From an uncultured Nitrospinota bacterium (lineage in GTDB: Bacteria; Tectomicrobia; Entotheonellia; J063; CAVPRW01), in NCBI GenBank assembly GCA_963707985.1, contig CAVPRW010000031.1:128001-192000 (forward strand): a stretch of DNA of 64,000 nucleotides. Direction: 5' to 3'. Positions 54,576 through 64,000 of the stretch are shown piece by piece. The notes beneath the pieces are model-generated. The model was not told the origin of the DNA and did not search any database. It saw nothing but the letters and a program-made list of their open reading frames with translations. The translations under genes and the position numbers were made by a program. Position 1 is the first letter of the stretch, and the number at the start of each line of letters is the position of its first letter.

Positions 54576-55493
54576 TCACGCCGCATCGAGAAGCGCGCTG
54601 AGCTCAATCACTTTGACTGTGCGATCGATACGCCGCATGAACGCCGAGAGGACTTTACCCGGTCCAACCTCGACAACGGCGTCCACTCCCATGTACTTCA
54701 AGGTTTGCACCGACTCCTGCCAGCGCACGGGCGCGGTTACCTGATCGACCAGGAGCCTCGATACCCGCACCCTCGACCCAAAGGGTTTAGCTTCCACATT
54801 GGAAATCACAGGCACCTGCATATCGGAGAAGGTGATCTTGGACAGTTCGGGTTGCAGGCGCTCGGCTGCGGGCGCCATCAGTGCACTATGAAAGGGTGCG
54901 CTCACCGGCAATTCTACGACTTTCACGGCACCCTGTTCCAGGCATCGTGCCATGGCCCGGCGCACGGCCCCAGCATGTCCGGAGATGACTATCTGCCCTG
55001 GGCAATTGTAATTGGCCGGTTGCACCACACCGTCGTCGATGACTTCCACACAAGCAAGCTCCACTTGCGTGCTGTCCAGGCCAAGAATGGCGGCCATTGC
55101 CCCAATGCCCACGGGGACGGCCTCCTGCATGAAGCGGCCACGCTGATGCACCACTCGAACGGCATCAGCGAACGGCATAGCACCGGATGCCACTAGAGCC
55201 GAGTATTCACCCAAACTGTGTCCGGCCAGTGCCATCGGGGTGACACTACGGGCACGCAGCAACTCACAGGCGATGACGCTGTGCACGAGAATGGCTGGCT
55301 GCGCATTGGCAGTCAACTGTAGCTCTTCGGCAGGACCATTAAAGCACAGGTTGGCTAGATCAAAGCCGAGGATCTCATTCGCTTCGTGAAAGCATTTACG
55401 CGCCAATGGCTCCCGTTCGTAGAGATCGCGTGCCATCCCGACGAACTGGGAGCCCTGCCCCGGAAAGAGGAAAGCCATCTGTTCCGGCATCAA
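54576..55493 (-). CDS. fabD: Malonyl-CoA:ACP transacylase
   Basis: FPGQGSQ, GHSLGEY, VSAPFHS. Confidence 0.96.
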   Translation of the reverse strand: MMPEQMAFLFPGQGSQFVGMARDLYEREPLARKCFHEANEILGFDLANLCFNGPAEELQLTANAQPAILVHSVIACELLRARSVTPMALAGHSLGEYSALVASGAMPFADAVRVVHQRGRFMQEAVPVGIGAMAAILGLDSTQVELACVEVIDDGVVQPANYNCPGQIVISGHAGAVRRAMARCLEQGAVKVVELPVSAPFHSALMAPAAERLQPELSKITFSDMQVPVISNVEAKPFGSRVRVSRLLVDQVTAPVRWQESVQTLKYMGVDAVVEVGPGKVLSAFMRRIDRTVKVIELSALLDAA

Positions 55494-55572
55494 CCGCTCC
55501 TTACGGCTTCATCTGCAAGACAAGCCAGTCGTGCGATTTGGATACATCATAGACCCAGTGGTGTCAATTGAT

Positions 55573-56676
55573 TTATACAGACTCTTCAGGTTCGGGATCG
55601 TCCCGCTCGCGTGAAAACGGGATGGATCCGCGGATGTGCCGCCACAGGCTCATTTTCTGAGGGTTAAGCTGCTGCATGTCACCGTTGGCGGCAAGATCCT
55701 CCTGGATATGGGTATTGACTTGATGGGTGAGTAATCGCTCCGCCAGCCCGATGGCATTCTTGATGGCTTTGGCCGACGAGGCGCCGTGGGCGATGATGCA
55801 GGTACCATTTACTCCAAGTAACGGGGCACCACCGTATTCGGCGTAATCCATTTTGTGCTTCAATTGCGCCAGGGAGGGTTTGAGGAGCAGATACCCCAGC
55901 TTACTCCGACTATCGCGCCTAAACGCTTCCTTGAGGAAGCTTTCTATCATCTCCGCGAAGCTTTCGCTGATTTTCAGGGCAATATTCCCGATGAACCCAT
56001 CGCACACGATCACATCGGCGAAGCCACGATAGACTGCCTTCGCTTCGACGTTGCCGACGAAATTCAGCGAGCTCTTGCGCAGCAGTTGGCAGGCCTCTTT
56101 GGTGGTCTCGTTGCCCTTATTATCCTCTTCACCAATACTCAGCATACCAACCCGTGGACGTTCGCGTTGGAGTACATGCGTCGCGTAGCCGCTTCCCATG
56201 ATGCCGAACTGGTAGAGGTGGATGGGTTTGCAGTCGACATTTGCCCCAGCGTCGATCAGGATCGCATGGCCGCGAATGGTGGGTAGCAGGGTGGCGATGG
56301 CCGGACGGTCCAGGCCGGGGAGTGTTTTGAGGATGAGCGTGGCAGCCAACAAGGTGCCGCCGGAATGACCAGCGGAGATTATGGCGTCAACCTCATGATC
56401 CTGCACCATCTCCATGGCAACGCGAATCGAGGCCGACTTCTTCTTCCGAAAAGCGGCTACTGGGGACTCCTCCATCGCGATAACCTGGGGGGCGTGACGG
56501 ATCTCGAACGGTAAGTCCCCATTGGCGTATTCCTTCATCTCGGCCGTCAACAACTGTTCATCACCGACGAGGACGATTTTACTGCCAAACTCAGCTGCGG
56601 CGAGCAGAGCCCCCTGGATAAGTGGTCCAGAGCCCTTATCGCCTCCCATCGCATCAATCGCAATTTTCCAAGCCAT
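55573..56676 (-). CDS. plsX: Phosphate acyltransferase
   Basis: IAIDAMGGD, DAGAN, VCDGF.GN..LK, YGGAPLLG, HG.S. Confidence 0.96.
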   Translation of the reverse strand: MAWKIAIDAMGGDKGSGPLIQGALLAAAEFGSKIVLVGDEQLLTAEMKEYANGDLPFEIRHAPQVIAMEESPVAAFRKKKSASIRVAMEMVQDHEVDAIISAGHSGGTLLAATLILKTLPGLDRPAIATLLPTIRGHAILIDAGANVDCKPIHLYQFGIMGSGYATHVLQRERPRVGMLSIGEEDNKGNETTKEACQLLRKSSLNFVGNVEAKAVYRGFADVIVCDGFIGNIALKISESFAEMIESFLKEAFRRDSRSKLGYLLLKPSLAQLKHKMDYAEYGGAPLLGVNGTCIIAHGASSAKAIKNAIGLAERLLTHQVNTHIQEDLAANGDMQQLNPQKMSLWRHIRGSIPFSRERDDPEPEESV

Positions 56677-56722
56677 GGCACCGCCTTCCCCTGAAACCCC
56701 GTTGGCGTGGAATCCGATGCCG

Positions 56723-56902
56723 CTATTCGTTGGCTTCCAGAACTTGGCGATCTTTGTAGTAACCGCAATTGGGACAAATTCGATGAGGGAATTTGGCTTC
56801 TTGGCAGCGCGGGCAGAGTGCCATCCCCCGCAAGGCGAGCTTCCAGTGAGTTCGACGTTTATCGCGGCGCGACTTCGAGGTCTTTCGCTTCGGAACTGGC
56901 AT
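56723..56902 (-). CDS. rpmF: 50S ribosomal protein L32 (Zn-ribbon form)
   Basis: Manual translation MPVPKRKTSKSRRDKRRTH...CPRC...HRICPNCGYY...*; 59 aa, below the ORF-track cutoff. Confidence 0.95.
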   Translation of the reverse strand: MPVPKRKTSKSRRDKRRTHWKLALRGMALCPRCQEAKFPHRICPNCGYYKDRQVLEANE

Positions 56903-56921
56903 CAGTCACTCCTCGCCTCTC

Positions 56922-57449
56922 TTACGAGAAGCGCAAACCTTTCAATGGCTCGAACGGAGAGCCCAGCTTTTCCTCGGCGCACTGACAACTGATCGTGTTA
57001 CGGTTGACACCGCAGGAGGGACATAGGCCCTTGCATCCGACCGTACAGTGTGGTTGCAGAGGGATCGATAAAATGAGCTTATCTCGTACCATCTCGGCGA
57101 TGTCAACCAACGGCTCAGCGTACCCATAGACATCAGCCTCCCCTACCTCAAGCTCTTGTGCCCGTTCAGATGAAATCGCCTGCAGGGGTAGGTATACCGC
57201 GTCGAGGGCGATGCGTAAAGGCTGCTTAAACTCCTCAGCACAGCGACTGCAGGTGAGGTGCACAACGGAACGCAGGCTCCCCTGGACGATCACCTCCTGA
57301 TTGATTTTGTAGAACTGGCATTCGATCTCGACGAGCTGTGTGACGATAAGCTCGGTGTCGACGATTCCCAGAGCACTCCCAGTACAGGTAAAGCTTTGGG
57401 AGATACCCTCCGGGGGGATGGCAGACAGTTCCATGATGAGCCGCAGCAT
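56922..57449 (-). CDS. yceD: YceD/DUF177 protein
   Basis: CSRC, P..P.C...CKGLCP.CG.N.N...C.C; position before rpmF. Confidence 0.92.
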   Translation of the reverse strand: MLRLIMELSAIPPEGISQSFTCTGSALGIVDTELIVTQLVEIECQFYKINQEVIVQGSLRSVVHLTCSRCAEEFKQPLRIALDAVYLPLQAISSERAQELEVGEADVYGYAEPLVDIAEMVRDKLILSIPLQPHCTVGCKGLCPSCGVNRNTISCQCAEEKLGSPFEPLKGLRFS

Positions 57450-57507
57450 GTCAATTCACCCTTCAGACACATGTCTTTGGACACCAGGGCAGCGTCAAAG
57501 TGCGACC

Positions 57508-57536
57508 ATTATAGTCATGGTTCTAAAGCTTGTCAA
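57508..57536 (-). promoter_or_regulatory. Consensus sigma70 promoter of the yceD-rpmF-plsX-fab operon
   Basis: TTGACA-N17-TATAAT on the minus strand. Confidence 0.85.
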
Positions 57537-57721
57537 GCCGTAGCTTGCTTTGGGCTGCCTCCCTGATTTCTTCAACCGAGCGCAGCTTCCACGCCCTTCT
57601 TGTCTTGACACCACAGGCCTAGTTTGTTAAGAAAAGGCACGTTCTATCCCTCGGCTCTTCACGATACGTCCAGCATCGCCTCCATCAGGTGCCCTGACAT
57701 CGGCAGCTAGACAGTAGAGGA

Positions 57722-58018
57722 GTGCCACACATGCGCTATGAAGTGCAAACGTATATGACTCCCCAAGAGGTCATCGAACACGCGATCGCATTTTTTGGGG
57801 TGGATTTGGACTTGGAGCTGCAAAGCCAGGCTTTTGATGCACTACATTTTGTGGGTGGCGGTGGGCATGTGACCCTGTCGCTGAAGGATGAAGATCCGGT
57901 GTCGGCGGAGCTCGAAACCCGCGAGTGGGATGCCCAGGTCGAAGAATTCATGGCTCGTATCGCTCGCAAACGTTGGTGGCGGCGGCTGTGGAAGAGTGTT
58001 AAAGAAGAGCTGGCATGA
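57722..58018 (+). CDS. Hypothetical protein
   Basis: 98-aa ORF, SD GAGGAG; A..FFG...GGGGHV...ETREWD.QV..F; start may be ATG 57731. Confidence 0.65.
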   Translation: MPHMRYEVQTYMTPQEVIEHAIAFFGVDLDLELQSQAFDALHFVGGGGHVTLSLKDEDPVSAELETREWDAQVEEFMARIARKRWWRRLWKSVKEELA

Positions 58019-58083
58019 ACTGTGAGAGCGCCTCAGCCCAATAACGGAAGAGTTTCAACAGCTTCGCACCCGGGAGTCCACTT

Positions 58084-60147
58084 ATGGCCTCATGTACGCT
58101 GGCGATTGACGTCGGTGGGACGTTCACTGACGTGACATTGGCCGATGCAGCAACCGGCACCACGTGGATCACCAAGACCCCATCGACTCCGCATGACCTT
58201 TCGGTGGGCTTCATGACCGGCATTCAGAAAATCCTGATGCTGGGGCGATTGGGGCCAGCGGATATCATGCGTGTCTTTCACGGCACGACTACTGCCACGA
58301 ATGCCATCTTGGAGGGCAAGACAGCGCCGATGGGGCTGCTTACCACCAAAGGCTTTAAGTACGTCTTGGAGATCGGGCGTCATGACATCCCGCGCGAGGG
58401 GAATCTGTACGGCTGGATCAAGCCCACACGACCGGTGACACCGGATCGCATCTTCGAGGTGAGTGAGCGCCTCGATGTGACCGGCCAGGTGCTGACGCCC
58501 TTTGATGAGGACGACTGCCGGCGGGCGGTGCAACGCCTGCGTCGGCTCGGTGTGCCGTCGATTGCCGTGGTGTTTCTGCACGCCTATGTTAATCCTCTGC
58601 ACGAACAACAGGCGGCACGAATGATCGCGCAGGAGTACCCCGAGGCGGTGGTTTCCCTGTCGTCGGAAGTGCTACCGCAATTTCGCGAATTCGAGCGCAG
58701 CATGGCTACGGTCCTCAATGCCGCGGTCATGCCCCATGTGAGCCGCTACCTCAATCTGCTGCGCGGGAAGTTGGACACGGCACAGATCGGCGCCCCGCTG
58801 TTGATCATGAAGTCGAACGGCGGTGTCACAAGTGCGGAAACCGCTGCCCGACAGGCCATCCACACCGCCCTCTCCGGCCCCGCCGCCGGGGTGATCGGGG
58901 CGGTGAACGTGGCGCACTCGGCTGGATATTCCAATATCATCTCCATTGATGTGGGCGGCACCAGTGCCGATATTTGCCTGGTGCGTGACCGCCAGCCGGA
59001 GATCACCAAAGAAGCGAAAATCGGCCCCTTCCCCCTGAAGATTCCCATCATCGATATCAATACCATCGGGGCGGGTGGCGGCAGCATTGCCACGGTTCTG
59101 GCGCCGGGCCGACTGGAGGTGGGACCGCGCAGCGCCGGAGCCGAGCCCGGACCTGCCTGTTACGGACGCGGTGGCGAGGAGCCGACAGTCACCGATGCCA
59201 ACTTGCTCCTGGGGCGCATTCCCGCATCGCTACTGGGCGGTGAGGTTCCGTTGGATCGTGAAGTTGCCCGGCAGGCCATCCAAAAGCGCATTGCACAACC
59301 CCTCGAGCTTGGCCTCAACGAGGCCGCGGCGGGCATCATCGAGATCATCAATAACAATATGGCACGGGCGATTCGCACCGTATCCATCGGCCGTGGCCAT
59401 GACCCGCGTCAGTTTGTGCTGGTGGCCTTTGGCGGAGCTGGACCTTTGCATGCTTGTCGCCTTGCTGAGCTGCTCGACATCCCAGCCATCGTCATTCCGC
59501 CGACTCCCGGGGTACTGTCGACATCTGGCCTGCTGAGCACCGATCTGAAAAATGACTATGTGCAAACCTGCTACCAGGAGGGGCCGCAGTATGATCTGGC
59601 ACGTATCGCTGCAGTCTATACCAACCTCGAAGATCAGGCGCTCGCCTGGCTACAGGCTGAGCAGGTACCCTCAGCAGCCCAACGACTCGTTTATGCGGCC
59701 GACCTCCGTTATGCACATCAAAGCTTCGAGCTCACCTGTCCCATGCCTGCTGGGCACGTGACGCAAGCGCTGGTGCAAGAGCTCGTGGCGGCATTCCATC
59801 GCGAGCACCGACGGCTATACTCCTACGATCTCCCAAACGCGCCGGTGGAGCTGGTCAACCTACGGGTGACGGCGATTGGCCTGTTGCCTAAGCTTCAGCC
59901 TCAGATTGCGAGCGCTGCATCGTCGAGTCTCGCTGGAGCCTTGGCGGGTTCGCGCCCGGTATATTTCGATCAGCTGGGAGGATTTGTCGAGACGCCCTGC
60001 TATACGCGCGCGCGGCTAACCTCTGGGATGACCTTTGAGGGTCCAGCCATCGTCGATCAAGATGATACGACGACGGTGATTTTCCCCGATTTCCACGCCA
60101 AAGTAGACCCCGTGGGCAATCTCATTTTGGCGCATCGCACTCCGTAA
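58084..60147 (+). CDS. Hydantoinase/oxoprolinase subunit A family protein
   Basis: IDVGGTFTD, HGTT.ATNA, SGPAAG, DVGGTSAD, IGAGGGS, AFGGAG.LH. Confidence 0.93.
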   Translation: MASCTLAIDVGGTFTDVTLADAATGTTWITKTPSTPHDLSVGFMTGIQKILMLGRLGPADIMRVFHGTTTATNAILEGKTAPMGLLTTKGFKYVLEIGRHDIPREGNLYGWIKPTRPVTPDRIFEVSERLDVTGQVLTPFDEDDCRRAVQRLRRLGVPSIAVVFLHAYVNPLHEQQAARMIAQEYPEAVVSLSSEVLPQFREFERSMATVLNAAVMPHVSRYLNLLRGKLDTAQIGAPLLIMKSNGGVTSAETAARQAIHTALSGPAAGVIGAVNVAHSAGYSNIISIDVGGTSADICLVRDRQPEITKEAKIGPFPLKIPIIDINTIGAGGGSIATVLAPGRLEVGPRSAGAEPGPACYGRGGEEPTVTDANLLLGRIPASLLGGEVPLDREVARQAIQKRIAQPLELGLNEAAAGIIEIINNNMARAIRTVSIGRGHDPRQFVLVAFGGAGPLHACRLAELLDIPAIVIPPTPGVLSTSGLLSTDLKNDYVQTCYQEGPQYDLARIAAVYTNLEDQALAWLQAEQVPSAAQRLVYAADLRYAHQSFELTCPMPAGHVTQALVQELVAAFHREHRRLYSYDLPNAPVELVNLRVTAIGLLPKLQPQIASAASSSLAGALAGSRPVYFDQLGGFVETPCYTRARLTSGMTFEGPAIVDQDDTTTVIFPDFHAKVDPVGNLILAHRTP

Positions 60148-60204
60148 CCGGGGATCCACACCTCGATGTTCCTGGTCGGACCCCCCATGGCAATGGCACG
60201 AAGC

Positions 60205-60798
60205 TCATGCAAAGGGTGACTCTCCGCCTTTGGCAGGCTGATAGAAGGGGTTCGTGCCGCTAGCATGGTCGGTCGAATCGACGACCTGTCGGATGCCAGG
60301 GACCTCTTCCGTAATCAGCGCCTCAATCCCCTGCTTCAGCGTCACATCTGCCATACCACATCCCTGGCACCCCCCGCCGAGGGCTACGTAGGCGATATCA
60401 TCTTTGACGTCGAGGAGCGTGACGTATCCCCCGTGGTCCGCCACGGCCGGATTGATGTGCTCGTCGAGCAACTTCTGGATGGCGATGGCCTTGGGGTCAG
60501 TCCATTGTGTCTTCGGATTGTGGATCCTGAAACCGCTCTGCTCAGGAGTCTCCACGAAGTCTAAGGTGGCCCCTTGCAGATTGGGCGCGCTCTCGGCGTC
60601 GATGAATACCCGGAAGCCGCCAGCATCGATCACAACATCATCAGCCGCGCGCTCGTCCTCGCGCACGAAGCCTAGCTTATACTGAAATCCGCCGGGCCGC
60701 TGTCCGGCAATCGCTAGACGTAACGCGAGCCCCTGGCGCTCCTCATCCGCCAGGAGATGGGTGATATATTGTCCTGCGGCTTCTGTAATATCGATCAT
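60205..60798 (-). CDS. nfuA: NfuA-type Fe-S biogenesis protein
   Basis: Cys-less A-type N domain plus INP..A.HGG...GGGCQGC NifU-C domain. Confidence 0.9.
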   Translation of the reverse strand: MIDITEAAGQYITHLLADEERQGLALRLAIAGQRPGGFQYKLGFVREDERAADDVVIDAGGFRVFIDAESAPNLQGATLDFVETPEQSGFRIHNPKTQWTDPKAIAIQKLLDEHINPAVADHGGYVTLLDVKDDIAYVALGGGCQGCGMADVTLKQGIEALITEEVPGIRQVVDSTDHASGTNPFYQPAKGGESPFA

Positions 60799-60835
60799 GT
60801 CTCTCTCCTTGACAAAAATTCTGCTGTTTCTACGC

Positions 60836-62150
60836 TCAGTGCTCCAACAGGGGCAGCCTGTCAGCCCCAGGTGTCGCCGGGCTCACATGTTCCACCTGGG
60901 CAGGACGAGCCTCGGGAGGTGTGATCACGAATGTCAGCCGTCGATGCGCTTCGCGAAGCGCCAACTCGACGCCTGAGGGGGTTGAGTCGCGGGCGAAAAT
61001 GAAGCCCAGATACCGCGATCCCTCCGGGAGAGGGACGACCTCCTGTCCGAGTGGAATCGTGATCCTGATATCCTCAATGCCTCCGACCTGCCTGGCATTC
61101 TCCTGGCCCGTCACCTGCCTTAGGATACCAGCTTTTGGGAATGGGAATCATCATGACGCCAGCCGCAAGCCTGTCGCGCTCCAAGATCTTCGTCTCGAGG
61201 CCGAGAGCGTGTCGGAGCAGCAGTTCCTCTAGCGACAGCTCGTCACCAAAACGCAGGGTACGGGAGCAGAGACCACCGATGGAGCGCGGGGCGATCTCCA
61301 GGGGCCATGGGCCGTGCTCATTTACCCGCAGCTCCGCATGCACCGGGCCGTGTCGAAGCCCAAGAGCGGAGGTGACCTCGGCCGTGCACGAGGCGACTTG
61401 GTCCTGAACCGCTGCAGATAAACGAGACGGGGTCACATAGATCGTCTCCTCAAAGAACGGACCATCTAGCGGATCTGGTTTATCGAAGAGGGCTAACACG
61501 CGCAGCTGACCATGCGTCAGAAGTCCTTCCAGGGCGACTTCAGACCCAGGGATGAAGCGCTCGACGAGGATCTCTTGCGCCGATCGACGCCGGGAGACGG
61601 CGACGTCCGGACGCTGCAGGATGGCCAGCAGTCGCTGGTAGGCGGCCACGAATTGGCTGGGATTATCGGCGCGGATGACGCCACGGCTAGCCGATAAGGA
61701 CAGCGGCTTGACGACACAGGGATACTCGACACGGCGGGCTATCGCTGCGGGGTCATCGTCGATGGGAAAACGCCAGAAGCAGGGACAGGGGATGCCAGAT
61801 TCAGACAGGATCTGCCGCATCCGGTACTTATTGCGAGCAGCTACCACGGCTGCCACCGGATTATGCGGCAACCCCAAAGCTGACGCAGCCATGGCGGCCA
61901 GGATGATGCCGTCATCATCGGCGGCTATGACGCCACCAATGGGATGTGCCTTGGCGAACTCGACGATGACCTGTGTGGCTTCCTCGGGCACCGAGAAATC
62001 AAGCACGAGGTGGCCGGCAGGATTGACTGCAGCCAGCGCCTGAGGGCGCTCGGAACCAACCGTCACCGGGGTGCCCAAGCGTTTCGCGGCATCAAGAAAG
62101 GCTTGAGCGCGATATGTCGTGGTCGTCATTAATAGCAGCAGACGCTGCAT
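60836..62150 (-). CDS. ATP-grasp domain protein (+1 frameshift in an A run near 61135)
   Basis: NKY.MR, P.VVKP..LSASRGVIRAD, E.FIPG.E, DKPDPLDGPFFEET.Y, HAE, EIAPR; tail EG.RYLGFIFAR is in the next frame. Confidence 0.85.
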
Positions 62151-62163
62151 GGCATGATGTCCT

Positions 62164-63957
62164 TCACGGCATCTCCTGGTACAGTGCCTCACCCCGATGC
62201 AGACGCAAGGCAATCTGGTACGTCTGCCCCACGGCACGGGGTGTTGGCGCGTGTGCGGCCAGATAGCGGGCCAGACCGATCAGCACATCCCTTCCGGCGT
62301 GAGTGCCACGGCGTGCCTGGTACTGCTTGAACGCAGCATCGACGATCTGAAATGCATGAAAGCCCGCATCTTCACGCAACATCGCCTGGCCGAGCGTCAT
62401 CATGATACCACGAGGATCGGCGCTGTCAGCCAGATAGTTGGATACAAGCTGCGCCACCTCTTCGACTTGCTGCTGCACATTCATGCGATTCAGCACTTCA
62501 GCGCGGACTTGTTCGCTATCGACAGTCGTGTGCCCAGCTTCTGGAATACGTTGCGCCGGCATGTTCAGGAATCGATCCAGGTAGATGCTCATGGCGGTAT
62601 CGAACACTCCACGCAGCAGCTCGATCGATGGCACACGCTGCAAGGCCTGATGCAGGGCATTGGCGGCGGTCAGCGTATTATGCACCGTCTCCCAGTCGCC
62701 GAACTCATTCGCTGTGTGAAAACGCGCCATGCGCACAAACGCGGCATGTGCCACGGCTGACCCCAAGGCCTCCGGCGACGCACCCGCCCGGATGGCATCT
62801 TTGATGGCCTGCAGAATGGCCACCGGATCGTCCCCGAGGATCGCCTCGACCAGTGCCTCTTCGCCCTGCCATATATCAGGATTATCTCTGCCCTGAGCAT
62901 AGAGCGCGGGGAGTTCGTTGCGAGCAGCCCACACCAAAGAGGCAAGATCGATGGGATGGCGCCAGGAATTGAGTTCTTGGCTGCGTCGAGCCGTGGCCAT
63001 GCCATGCACCAGGCTTGTCAACACCTGTCCGGCATGCTCCCAGCCGATGTGATCGAGCAGCTCAAAAGCCTTATTGGCAAAATCCACCACGTGCCCGCCG
63101 TCGAGATAAAGGTGGTCGGTCGCGGCCGCGAAGATCATCTCGGCGATGGTTCCGGCCGGTAGCCCAAGGTCGATCGCCGTGCACAGGCAACGCTCCCCGC
63201 CATCAGCGTTGCGCACCTCGATGAAGTGCCGAAACCATTGCTTGAAGACCTCAGGACGTGTCTCGCCGCTCGGCAGTGGTGCGACCAGGAATCGCGGCGG
63301 CTGACCCGAGCATTCGCGCGCGACATGCAGCAGTCCGTGATATAAGGCACGCGGCCGGTCTTCATCAGCGAGATACGGCAGCATATTGGCGACACAAGTC
63401 AAGATGCTCATGGCCGCCCCCCAGCCCTCGGCCGAGTAGGCCATACCAAAGTGCGTGCCAATCTCGAGCGGAATACGATGATCGGCACCTGCCGCCTGCA
63501 AACCGAGCACGGACTTCGCAACGACCAGGCGGATGGTGTGCTCCAGTCCCTCGCGTAGACGGGTGGACCAGTGCTGAATGGGATCGCGCGGCGACGGTGA
63601 GGGATTTACCCAAATCTCGCCGTCAATGATGTGGACGGGAAAGGCGCGCACGTCATCGGCGAAGGGGTCAAAAGTCCCGCCGCTCGCCAGATCGAAGCGC
63701 GCATGGTGCCAGTGGCAAGTGAGAATACCATCTTTGACCGTGCCTCGATCCAGAGGGAATCCCATGTGCGGACAACGGTTATCGACGGCATAGACTTGAC
63801 CATCGTGGTCATAGACGGCAATGACATGGCCGCCTCCCGTCACCACCATACAGCCGCGCTGCCCGAGCTCATTCATGGGCCCAACTCGAATGAGATCTTC
63901 AGCGATTGCAGACGTCCCCAAGAATCTCCTGGCGTCGAGCTTCCCGTCAATACTCAT
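62164..63957 (-). CDS. Rieske [2Fe-2S] domain protein with a large helical C-terminal region
   Basis: NRCPHMG...LTCHWH.ARF; SD AGGAG. Confidence 0.85.
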   Translation of the reverse strand: MSIDGKLDARRFLGTSAIAEDLIRVGPMNELGQRGCMVVTGGGHVIAVYDHDGQVYAVDNRCPHMGFPLDRGTVKDGILTCHWHHARFDLASGGTFDPFADDVRAFPVHIIDGEIWVNPSPSPRDPIQHWSTRLREGLEHTIRLVVAKSVLGLQAAGADHRIPLEIGTHFGMAYSAEGWGAAMSILTCVANMLPYLADEDRPRALYHGLLHVARECSGQPPRFLVAPLPSGETRPEVFKQWFRHFIEVRNADGGERCLCTAIDLGLPAGTIAEMIFAAATDHLYLDGGHVVDFANKAFELLDHIGWEHAGQVLTSLVHGMATARRSQELNSWRHPIDLASLVWAARNELPALYAQGRDNPDIWQGEEALVEAILGDDPVAILQAIKDAIRAGASPEALGSAVAHAAFVRMARFHTANEFGDWETVHNTLTAANALHQALQRVPSIELLRGVFDTAMSIYLDRFLNMPAQRIPEAGHTTVDSEQVRAEVLNRMNVQQQVEEVAQLVSNYLADSADPRGIMMTLGQAMLREDAGFHAFQIVDAAFKQYQARRGTHAGRDVLIGLARYLAAHAPTPRAVGQTYQIALRLHRGEALYQEMP

Positions 63958-64000
63958 GGCGTTGCTCCTGTCTCGTCAGCGGGAGCTACGTTCCGGTTTC

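Overview
GC-rich bacterial chromosome segment. The gene content is reminiscent of Ca. Tectomicrobia/deltaproteobacteria-like lineages, but this is inference only. (1) 1-15460 is a decayed accessory region ending at a broken tyrosine integrase beside tRNA-Glu/tRNA-Gln. It holds a hybrid NRPS/trans-AT-type PKS relic whose middle is replaced by a degenerate IS630, plus an Eis-like GNAT, a UpxY-type antiterminator, DUF1003, VIT1, dodecin, and methyltransferase and sulfotransferase remnants. (2) Two SDRs follow. (3) A self-contained tRNA-Ile/tRNA-Ala/23S rRNA unit has its own promoter, boxA, processing stem and terminator but no 16S and no 5S. (4) tyrS lies downstream of an odd nuoA-nuoH-CNNM-CNNM-MoaD operon. 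(5) A divergent sulfur-relay cluster encodes two cysteine synthases, a C-terminally capped ubiquitin-like carrier, two MoeB/E1 enzymes, a JAMM protease, DsrE/DsrF, TusA, a rhodanese relic, a CymR-like Rrf2 regulator with a candidate operator, and DUF62. (6) Next come DUF35/thiolase, nadE, pbpC with alpha-2-macroglobulin, YcbK, a CinA-like gene, ftsY, rnc and the yceD-rpmF-plsX-fab operon. (7) The window ends with hydantoinase A and a Rieske/ATP-grasp/NfuA operon. Several otherwise intact genes carry single +1 insertions that are probably sequencing errors. All calls come from reading motifs by eye; no searches were run.
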